A stretch of DNA of 62,123 nucleotides, taken from the NCBI RefSeq assembly GCF_003334815.1, contig NZ_QOWO01000026.1. The stretch is one strand, 5' to 3'. This document shows, piece by piece, positions 54,766-62,046 of this stretch. A program made the translations under genes and the position numbers. Position 1 is the first letter of the stretch; each line of letters opens with the position of its first letter. The stretch is from Escherichia coli. Its GTDB lineage: Bacteria > Pseudomonadota > Gammaproteobacteria > Enterobacterales > Enterobacteriaceae. Below the pieces are notes generated by a model, which was not told the origin of the DNA, did no database searches, and was given only the letters and a program-made list of their open reading frames with translations.

Positions 54766-55245
54766 TTACTTCGTTTTCTCGCAATCCAGAACTGTATTTA
54801 CAATCATCTGATACCCCGTGCAGCGACAAAGATTTCCCGCCAGTCCGCGACGAATTTCCGTAATGGTTAATGGCTTCTCGCGTGGTTTCGCCAGCATTGC
54901 CGTGGTAGCCATAATCAGGCCAGGCGTACAAAACCCGCACTGCACTGCGCCGGATTTCGCATAAGCCTGCTGAACATGAGAAAGTTTTCCGCCTTTCGCT
55001 TCACCTTCCAGCGTGCGGATCTCTTTTCCTTCAGCCCAGGCGGCAAGGTATAAGCAACTGTCTATTGCTGTGCCGTCGACCAACACCGTACAGGCACCAC
55101 ATTCACCCACGCAGCACCCTTGTTTGACACTTAGCAGTCCTTGTTCGCGGAGTAATTCCGAGAGCGGCGTGCCTGGTGCGGCGTGAAGCTGAAAAGGCAT
55201 CCCGTTAATGGTGCATTCGATGGTAATTGTTTCGCTGTGATTCAT
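54766..55245 (-). CDS. xdhC: Xanthine dehydrogenase, 2Fe-2S subunit
   Basis: 159 aa; CxxGxCGACTV and CGFCTPG cluster motifs. Confidence 0.96.
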
Positions 55246-56120
55246 TGCAATTTTCCCCCCGCCGCGGCGACGGCTTCGCTAATCACTTTTTTGGTCATCG
55301 TCTGGATGAGATGCAGACGAAACTCTTTACTGGCCCGCCATGAAGAACGCGGGGCGACATCTTGCAGGACAGATTCGCTGATAGCTTCCAGCGTTTGCAG
55401 GTTTAATGGCGCATTTTGTGCAGTCTGTTCGGCATGTTGGCAGCGAATCGGCGTTGGCGCGGCAACACCAAATGCCAGGCGTAATTCGCTGAAATTGCCG
55501 TTATCCAGTCGGCAATGTGCGGCGCAGCCAATCGTTGAAATATCCATTGCGTCGCGCATGGCATATTTAAAATGCGCGCTGCCCGCGTGTTCTTTCGGCT
55601 GTGGCGGAAAATGAAAGGCGACGAGGATTTCGTCATGCTCAAGAGACACTTTGCCCGGCCCGGTGTGAAAGCCATTAATCGGGACGAAACGAACACCGCG
55701 CGGGGAGTGGATCTCCAGTTTCGCGTCATAAATTAGCGTTGGCGTGGCAGAATCTGCGCTGGTGGCACCGTTGCAAATATTTCCACCGTAGGTAGCGACG
55801 TTACGGATCTGCGGTCCAGCAATGGACGTGGCCGCAGCACATAACGCCGGGAGATGACGTTGAGTTATAGGATCTTCTATTAGCTGGGTAAATGTCGTTG
55901 CAGAGCCGATACGTAGCGAGCCATCTTCCGCCAGCGTAATTCCCCGCAGCTCCGCCAGATTATGAATATCAACAATATGGCGATAACGGTCATTGTGATG
56001 GTGGAGCTGAATCAGTACGTCAGTGCCACCGGCGAGCAGTTTGGCCTGCGGGTTGTCAGCCAGCAGGTTGATGGCATCGGCAAGGGTTGCTGCGCGATGG
56101 TAAGAAGCAAAATCAAACAT
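55242..56120 (-). CDS. xdhB: Xanthine dehydrogenase, FAD-binding subunit
   Basis: 292 aa; LAGGTDV FAD motif; 4-nt overlap with xdhC. Confidence 0.96.
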
Positions 56121-56130
56121 GATGTTATCC

Positions 56131-58389
56131 TCAAATCAATCCTGCCAGATGGAACTCTTCATATAACCGTTTTGGCGTCAGCGGCAGTGTATTGATTGCA
56201 ACACCGGTAGCCATCTTCACCGCGTTACGAATAGCAGCGGCAACAGGAATTATTGGTGGCTCACCCAGTGACTTATGTCCGTATGCGGATTGCGGCTCAT
56301 TGATTTCGACGAACGCGCTTTCCAGTTGTGGCAGATCCGGCATGGTCGGCATTTTGTAATCCAGCAGATTGGGGTTACGGACCACGCCGCTTTTAGCATC
56401 GATGATCATCTCTTCAAATAGCGCCCAGCCAATGCCCATTCCCATTCCGCCGTGTACCTGACCTTCTGCCAGCAGTGGATTAAGAATATGCCCTGAATCA
56501 TGAACGTTGAGGATGCGGTTGATGGTGACTTTGCACAGCGCAATATCGACCGTCAGATCAACAAAGGTACAGCCAAACGCCGGTGGGTTAGTGGTGGTTT
56601 TGATGGAGCTTTCAGCAGAGAGCTGCCCGCCGCGTTCAGGGTGGTAGAAAGCGTCCATCGCCAAATCTTTTAACGACATTAACGGCTCTTCCGGTCGTTC
56701 AACCAGCACGATATGGCCTTTTATCAGGGTCAGATTCATCGCTGACTGATGTAGCATGACTGCGGCGTGAGCGATGATTTTCTCTTTTAATAATAGTGCC
56801 GCACTGCGCAGCGCAGGCGCGGCAACATAGCTCTGGCGTGAGGCAAATGCGCCGGGATCGAACGGCGTAACGTCGGTATCTTGAGTTGAAATAACGCGAA
56901 CGTCGCTGACCGGAACCCCCACGGTTTCTGCCACCATTTGCGAGAAGACGGTGTCGGCACCCTGACCGATTTCCGTCGCGCCGCTTTGCACGTTGATGGT
57001 TCCATCCTGATTCATCAGAAGGCGCGCGCCTGCTATTTCTACGCCGACAGGCCAGGTGTTAGAGGTGTAGCTAAAACAGGCGACGCCAACGCCGCGGCGC
57101 AAATTGCCTTGCTGGTTCTGGCATTCTGCACGGCGTTTTTCCCATTCAAAGATTTTCCGGCCTTTTTCAAGACACTCCGGCAACCCTGCGCTGTAAATAC
57201 GTTTGCCCGTGAGCGGATTAGCATCTCCTTCGCGGGCGGCGTTGCGTAAACGAATTTCAACAGGATCAATACCTAACGCTGTCGCGGCGTCATCAAGCAT
57301 AGACTCAACGGCAAATACGACTTGTGGCGCGCCATAACCACGCATCGCACCAGCCGAGGGGAGGTTGGTATAGCAGGTCTTTGAACTGTAAGCGTAGGCA
57401 CAACGAGGATAAAGGTAAGCGACTTTATTCCCCCCCGCAGAAGCGATGGAGTGCCCGTGAGATGCATAAGCGCCGGTGTTAGACAGAACATCCAGACTAT
57501 AACCTTTCAATGTTCCGTCGCGGTTCACGCCCATTTGCCCGTCAATGGTAAAAGCGTGGCGGGTACGGGTTGCGAGGAAACACTCTTCACGGCTAAGGGA
57601 AACTTTCACCGGAATGCCGCCAAGCTTGCTGGTCAGGAATGCCGCCATTGGCTCTTCCAGTACATCCTGTTTATTACCAAAACCGCCACCGACAAATGGT
57701 TTGATGACTCGTACGCATGACCAGGGAATATCCAGCGCCTGACCAACCACGCGGCGAACAATGTGCGGGATCTGGGTGCTGGAAACGATGGTAATTCGCG
57801 AGTCATCCTCCATCCACGCCAGCGATGTTACGCTTTCCATGTGACAATGTTGAATAACGGGGGTCTGATAGTGCCCCTGTACCTGGTAGTCGGCGGCATC
57901 GATTGTTTGTTGGACATTACCCGTCGACATCGTGCTTTGTTTCAGTAAATTGCCACCGTTATGGATTGGTGCAGCGTCTTCTGCCAGCGCCGCTTCTGGC
58001 GTGGTGATAACGGGTAATTCTTGCCACTCAATGCTGACCAATTGCGCCGCTTTTTCTGCCGTGAGTTCATCGCGGGCCACGACGATGGCAACGGCGTCAC
58101 CATGATGACGAACATGGCGAGTTAGCAGTGCGCGATCGGCGGTATCGCGCTTGTTTTCGTCAAGTGTCCAGGCATGCCCAGCTGTAGCGAATGGAATATC
58201 AGGCACATCTTCCCAGGTAAAAATCGCCAGTACGCCCGGCAAACTTCTGGCTTGTTCATCATTAATACTTACGGCATAACCATGTGCGATAGGGCTACGT
58301 ACATATTTCGCATAACACATGCCCGCCATAACATAATCGTCAGTATATCGTGCCCGCCCGGTGACCTTAGCAATGGCATCGACGCGCAT
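56131..58389 (-). CDS. xdhA: Xanthine dehydrogenase, molybdenum-binding subunit
   Basis: 752 aa from MRVDAIAKVTGRARYTDD (K-12 start). An in-frame ATG 13 codons upstream at 58428 is an alternative. Confidence 0.95.
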   Translation of the reverse strand: MRVDAIAKVTGRARYTDDYVMAGMCYAKYVRSPIAHGYAVSINDEQARSLPGVLAIFTWEDVPDIPFATAGHAWTLDENKRDTADRALLTRHVRHHGDAVAIVVARDELTAEKAAQLVSIEWQELPVITTPEAALAEDAAPIHNGGNLLKQSTMSTGNVQQTIDAADYQVQGHYQTPVIQHCHMESVTSLAWMEDDSRITIVSSTQIPHIVRRVVGQALDIPWSCVRVIKPFVGGGFGNKQDVLEEPMAAFLTSKLGGIPVKVSLSREECFLATRTRHAFTIDGQMGVNRDGTLKGYSLDVLSNTGAYASHGHSIASAGGNKVAYLYPRCAYAYSSKTCYTNLPSAGAMRGYGAPQVVFAVESMLDDAATALGIDPVEIRLRNAAREGDANPLTGKRIYSAGLPECLEKGRKIFEWEKRRAECQNQQGNLRRGVGVACFSYTSNTWPVGVEIAGARLLMNQDGTINVQSGATEIGQGADTVFSQMVAETVGVPVSDVRVISTQDTDVTPFDPGAFASRQSYVAAPALRSAALLLKEKIIAHAAVMLHQSAMNLTLIKGHIVLVERPEEPLMSLKDLAMDAFYHPERGGQLSAESSIKTTTNPPAFGCTFVDLTVDIALCKVTINRILNVHDSGHILNPLLAEGQVHGGMGMGIGWALFEEMIIDAKSGVVRNPNLLDYKMPTMPDLPQLESAFVEINEPQSAYGHKSLGEPPIIPVAAAIRNAVKMATGVAINTLPLTPKRLYEEFHLAGLI

Positions 58390-58484
58390 GCATGATTCAC
58401 CCGTAGCGGTTGCTTCCCGCGCTTCCATAGAAATCCCCTCGATTTGAACATTTGGTTCTTATGGCAAAGATTTAGTCTAAGCAG

Positions 58485-58499
58485 GCAAGATTTACGCCA
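58485..58499 (-). promoter_or_regulatory. Candidate sigma54 promoter of xdhABC
   Basis: Minus strand reads TGGCGTAAATCTTGC: TGGC-N7-TTGC with exact GG-N10-GC spacing, about 95 nt upstream of the xdhA ATG. Confidence 0.6.
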
Positions 58500-58842
58500 G
58501 AAACGACGATAAGCGTTAGGGGAGGTAGGAAGTGTGATGACGTTAAAAAAACACAGATATGATACGAAACAGGACTCTGAATAGGGGCAGTGATACGTAT
58601 CAATATGAGTGGCGATAAAATCAATGTGATAAATTGGGATTATTACGCATCAGGATGGGAAATAGGGTAAAAAGTCAGGAAGTTCGATACCTCTACAGCG
58701 AATATTTTGCTGATGATACTTCCCTTTGCCAAATGAAATTAACCTCTTTCTCTATTACCACGTTTTTCCAGAAGCAAGAGATTGGGTATCAAGAGGCTGG
58801 CTGCTATGATAAGGCGTCTTGTTTTTTAAGCGAGGAAAGATT

Positions 58843-59598
58843 TTGAGTGCGGGACGCCTGAATAAAAAATCTCTGGGTATCGTGATGTTGTTATCGGTTG
58901 GACTGCTTTTGGCGGGCTGTTCGGGTAGCAAATCATCCGATACAGGAACGTATTCCGGCTCCGTTTACACCGTGAAACGGGGGGATACGCTATATCGTAT
59001 TTCGCGCACCACGGGAACCAGCGTAAAAGAACTGGCGCGACTGAACGGCATTTCCCCCCCTTACACCATTGAAGTTGGTCAGAAACTAAAACTGGGTGGG
59101 GCGAAAAGTAGCAGTATTACACGTAAATCAACCGCCAAATCAACGACCAAAACCGCATCGGTTACACCGTCATCAGCGGTACCGAAATCATCCTGGCCGC
59201 CAGTAGGGCAACGTTGTTGGTTATGGCCAACGACAGGGAAAGTTATCATGCCGTATTCGACAGCAGATGGCGGCAATAAAGGGATTGATATCTCAGCTCC
59301 ACGGGGTACACCTATTTACGCCGCGGGTGCAGGAAAGGTGGTGTATGTGGGCAACCAGCTGCGTGGCTACGGTAATCTCATCATGATTAAACACAGTGAA
59401 GATTACATTACGGCTTACGCCCATAATGACACGATGCTGGTAAATAATGGGCAAAGCGTGAAGGCTGGGCAAAAAATCGCCACTATGGGGAGCACGGATG
59501 CGGCATCTGTTCGCCTGCATTTCCAGATTCGTTACCGTGCAACGGCAATTGATCCGCTACGTTACTTGCCGCCTCAGGGCAGCAAGCCAAAATGCTGA
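58843..59598 (+). CDS. ygeR: LysM-domain M23-peptidase-family lipoprotein (divisome amidase activator-like)
   Basis: 251 aa from a TTG at 58843, preceded by a GAGGAAAG SD; lipobox LLLAGCSG; LysM YTVKRGDTLYRISR; M23 domain HNDTMLV...HFQIR. The track ORF starts 8 codons earlier. Confidence 0.9.
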   Translation: MSAGRLNKKSLGIVMLLSVGLLLAGCSGSKSSDTGTYSGSVYTVKRGDTLYRISRTTGTSVKELARLNGISPPYTIEVGQKLKLGGAKSSSITRKSTAKSTTKTASVTPSSAVPKSSWPPVGQRCWLWPTTGKVIMPYSTADGGNKGIDISAPRGTPIYAAGAGKVVYVGNQLRGYGNLIMIKHSEDYITAYAHNDTMLVNNGQSVKAGQKIATMGSTDAASVRLHFQIRYRATAIDPLRYLPPQGSKPKC

Positions 59599-59631
59599 TG
59601 GCGAATTAATCAGCAGTCAGCAGCGTGGCAC

Positions 59632-59659
59632 TTGCTAAGGAGAGCGTAAGGTTTATAAT
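59632..59659 (+). promoter_or_regulatory. glyU promoter
   Basis: TTGCTA, a 16-bp spacer, then a perfect TATAAT (59654-59659), followed by a GC-rich discriminator GCCTTACGC; the mature tRNA starts about 18 nt after the -10. Confidence 0.7.
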
Positions 59660-59676
59660 GCCTTACGCATCTCGAA

Positions 59677-59750
59677 GCGGGCGTAGTTCAATGGTAGAAC
59701 GAGAGCTTCCCAAGCTCTATACGAGGGTTCGATTCCCTTCGCCCGCTCCA
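59677..59750 (+). tRNA. glyU: tRNA-Gly (anticodon CCC)
   Basis: 74-nt cloverleaf GCGGGCGTAGTTCAATGGTAGAACGAGAGCTTCCCAAGCTCTATACGAGGGTTCGATTCCCTTCGCCCGCTCCA with encoded CCA; acceptor stem GCGGGCG/CGCCCGC; anticodon loop CUUCCCAAG. Confidence 0.97.
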
Positions 59751-59864
59751 TGACACTTCTTAAAGTATTCCAACTTACTGAATCCTAAGGGATATGGCTT
59801 AACGCCTCCTTGCAGAGTTACTTACTGTAACCCACTGTGTAACCCTCTCAGGGCATACAGACAT

Positions 59865-61511
59865 ATGATTCAGCTATCCAGCAGTCACAAACTTCCAGCC
59901 GTCTCCTATCTCTACCAGCGTAACGGCGTCTACTACTTCCGTCTTCGGGTCAGACAATCAAACAATGATAGAATGACCTCAATATCATTACGGACCAAGG
60001 ATAGACGCACCGCTATGGCTCACTCAAGGCACATCAAGGCAGCACTCAAGGCAATACACGCAGACAGACCCAACGCTACCTATGAGGAAATGAGGGAGCA
60101 CCTTAAGGACATCGCTGAGTGTGAACTGTCTATGGGCCGTTCAGATCTCTTTGAGCCTGACATGAGGGATATCTACCGGGACCAATACGGAGAACTTGGT
60201 GAGAGCCTTACCGATGCTCTGGCTAGTGAGCCGCTAAGTATTGACCAGCATCGTTACATCAATGAGGCCCTGAAGGTGCTAAAAGCCTGCATGAGGCGTA
60301 TCGAAGCGGGAGACAGTCAGCCTCTGATAGATTACGTCGATCATTTTAATGATATTGATAGGCAAGATAGCCAAGTAGCCTCTGTGTCCCTATCTGTTAA
60401 TGCTCCAGAAGTAAAACCAGAAGTAAAACCAGAAGTAAAACTAGAAGTAAAACCAGAAGTTACGCCTAGCATTACCATAGCGAGCCTCTTTGAGCAATAC
60501 GAAGCGGAGAATTATCAGAACTGGAAGCCTGCAACCTTAAGGGAAAACAAGGCGTCACACGCTGCGTTAATCGAAATATTCGACCATCTGGGTCTCAATG
60601 CAGACGCTAACAGGGCTGACATGCTTAAGGTCCGTGATGTGCTCCAGCAGTTACCTAGGAACCGTAAGCAGCGCTTCAAGGATGCCCCACTTGCTGACCT
60701 GTTGAGCCGTGAAGATAAGACAGATTGTCTGGATGTCGTTACCATCAACAACAAGTATCTTATTAAGATGGCTGCTGTCTTTAGGTGGGCTGTGCGCAAT
60801 GACTTGATTAAAAAGAACATGACTGAGGGTCTGGAGCTTAAAGTCCCTCAGCGTAAAGCCTCAGGGGCCCGTAACGCCTTCTCTACGGAGCAGGTGGGGC
60901 AACTACTGGTCGCAGCTAAGGCATACTCTCAGAAGACCTCTGGTAAGCCCTACCACTATTACGTTACGGCTTTGGCTGCTATCACTGGGGCGAGACTCAA
61001 TGAAATAGCCCAACTACAGGTCAAAGACGTCAGGACCACTGAGGCGGGAACCGTTTATATTCATATCAATGAAGACGATAGTAGTCTACCCGGTAAGAGC
61101 ATCAAGAACGCTCATAGTGACCGCTGTGTGCCTCTGGTCGATGGGGCCTATGGTTTTATATTGGCTGACTTTATGAGGTTGGTTGAGACCCGTAGAGGCG
61201 CTGATGGTGATGACGCTATGGTGTTCGATGGTCTTCGCCTCATGAAGAACGGTTACGGTGAGCAGGTGAGTAAATGGTTTAATCGGACGTTGTTGCCTAA
61301 AGTCCTCGCAGATCGTAGCGGCTTAGCGTTTCACTCGTTTAGACATACAGTTGCGACCCAGTTAAAACAACATGGGGTCGAGTTGGCGTATGCACAGGCG
61401 ATCATGGGGCATAGTTCAGGGTCTATTACTTACGACCGTTATGCTAAAGAGGTTGAGGTTGATAGGCTGGTCAATGTGATGGCTGATGTTTATAAGGAGA
61501 TTGTGGGGTAA
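59865..61511 (+). CDS. Tyrosine recombinase / phage-type integrase (548 aa)
   Basis: C-terminal catalytic signature: GARLNEIAQL (Arg), HSFRHTVATQL (His-x-x-Arg), GHSSGSITYDRY (His...Tyr nucleophile). N-terminal YLYQRNGVYYFRLRV arm-type domain. Adjacent to the tRNA. Confidence 0.9.
   Translation: MIQLSSSHKLPAVSYLYQRNGVYYFRLRVRQSNNDRMTSISLRTKDRRTAMAHSRHIKAALKAIHADRPNATYEEMREHLKDIAECELSMGRSDLFEPDMRDIYRDQYGELGESLTDALASEPLSIDQHRYINEALKVLKACMRRIEAGDSQPLIDYVDHFNDIDRQDSQVASVSLSVNAPEVKPEVKPEVKLEVKPEVTPSITIASLFEQYEAENYQNWKPATLRENKASHAALIEIFDHLGLNADANRADMLKVRDVLQQLPRNRKQRFKDAPLADLLSREDKTDCLDVVTINNKYLIKMAAVFRWAVRNDLIKKNMTEGLELKVPQRKASGARNAFSTEQVGQLLVAAKAYSQKTSGKPYHYYVTALAAITGARLNEIAQLQVKDVRTTEAGTVYIHINEDDSSLPGKSIKNAHSDRCVPLVDGAYGFILADFMRLVETRRGADGDDAMVFDGLRLMKNGYGEQVSKWFNRTLLPKVLADRSGLAFHSFRHTVATQLKQHGVELAYAQAIMGHSSGSITYDRYAKEVEVDRLVNVMADVYKEIVG
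60380..60399 (+). other. 20-nt match to the T7 terminal-repeat end plus the concatemer-junction class II pause signal (CTCTGTGTCCCT|ATCTGTTA)
   Basis: Compared with my recollection of the T7 left end (...GAGTGTCTCTCTGTGTCCCTATCTGTTACAGTCTCC...). Contains the conserved ATCTGTT heptamer at 60392-60398. Lies in frame inside the integrase linker region. Confidence 0.55.
60405..60464 (+). repeat. In-frame 12-bp tandem repeat x5 encoding PEVK-PEVK-PEVK-LEVK-PEVT
   Basis: ccagaagtaaaa x3, ctagaagtaaaa, ccagaagttacg read directly. Confidence 0.95.
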
Positions 61512-61631
61512 CCAAGCTGTCCACCCCCGGGGAGATTTGCCTTGAGGATGACCATAGTCGATGACCATATTGCTACAGGCCTGTGTGGTCATGTTTTTGA
61601 CTCACGGTTTTCACTACTTGTCAAGGATTTC

Positions 61632-61654
61632 TAATACGACTCACTATAGAGAGA
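61632..61654 (+). promoter_or_regulatory. Bacteriophage T7 RNA polymerase promoter (22/23 match to consensus)
   Basis: TAATACGACTCACTATAGAGAGA versus the consensus TAATACGACTCACTATAGGGAGA. All of -17..-1 is identical, +1 G falls at 61649, and the only mismatch is at +2. Confidence 0.85.
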
Positions 61655-61769
61655 AGGGACACAAAAAGTTTTCTCTCTTTCTCTCTCTTCTAGGACACTT
61701 GCTACTACTACTACAGGCCTGTGTGGTCATGTTTTTGACTCACAGTTTTCACTACTTGTCAAGGATTTC

Positions 61770-61792
61770 TAATGCGACTCACTATAGAGAGA
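61770..61792 (+). promoter_or_regulatory. Second T7 RNA polymerase promoter (21/23 match)
   Basis: TAATGCGACTCACTATAGAGAGA: A-to-G at -13 and G-to-A at +2; +1 G at 61787. Confidence 0.8.
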
Positions 61793-61860
61793 AGGGACAC
61801 AAAAAGTTTTCTCTCTTTCTCTCTCTTCTAGGACACTTGCTACTACTACTACAGGTAGCT

Positions 61861-61896
61861 CTAACTCTAACTCTAACTCTAACTCTAACCGTAACT
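61861..61896 (+). repeat. Hexanucleotide microsatellite (CTAACT)4 plus two degenerate units
   Basis: ctaact x4, then ctaacc and gtaact, read directly immediately after the 138-bp repeats. Confidence 0.95.
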
Positions 61897-62046
61897 TATC
61901 GCATCCTTTCAGGGGCGGGATGACCAATTACAGACACCAAGCGTTCTACTTAAAGTGAATGCTTCCTGTGTGCTCTGGGTCAGTCGATAAGTGAATAGCA
62001 ATAGACATCATATTAAATATGGTCTCTACCCTACAGGGGCTTAACT

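Larger units (their letters stand above)
61573..61848 (+). repeat. Two tandem 138-bp repeat units (61573-61710, 61711-61848), each containing a T7-type promoter
   Basis: The copies differ at only two positions (g61606/a61744 and a61636/g61774). The first 7 nt (CTACAGG) recur at 61849 and again at 62031. Confidence 0.97.

Noticed and set aside
59751-59864. att core and T7-like CTTAAAGT motifs between glyU and the integrase gene
   Set aside because: The island boundary cannot be defined without attR. CTTAAAGTAT resembles T7 CCTAAAGTAT, but an 8-mer is not significant on its own.
61600-61650. Sigma70 promoter inside the 138-bp unit (TTGACT at 61598-61603, TTGTCA at 61618-61623)
   Set aside because: No acceptable -10 hexamer lies at 16-18 bp spacing from either -35-like hexamer.
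61573-61848. Possible CRISPR array or vector contamination as the explanation for the T7 promoter repeats
   Set aside because: It is not CRISPR: there are only two units, 138 bp each, with no unique spacers. Vector origin is unlikely because the flanks lack lacO, MCS or pET/pBluescript sequence and the initiating sequence is GAGAGA rather than GGGAGA or GGGCGA. The two copies also carry different point substitutions, and they sit between a tRNA-linked integrase and a natural IS10 target site. An engineered origin still needs a database check.
61561-61923. 120-aa ORF spanning the 138-bp tandem repeats and the CTAACT array
   Set aside because: Its sequence is just the repeat translated twice (LLQACVVMFLTH.FHYLSRISN.THYREKGHKKFSLFLSLLGHLLLL x2) followed by LTLTLTLT from the microsatellite. 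It has no SD and a low-complexity composition, and the DNA is better explained as promoters and repeats. Coding cannot be formally excluded.
62019-62046. ORF start MVSTLQGLN interrupted by IS10, and a 12-codon ORF at 61920-61958
   Set aside because: Too little sequence, and no SD for the first. The second (MTNYRHQAFYLK) has an AGGGGCGGG upstream but is too short to support. Neither is called as a feature.
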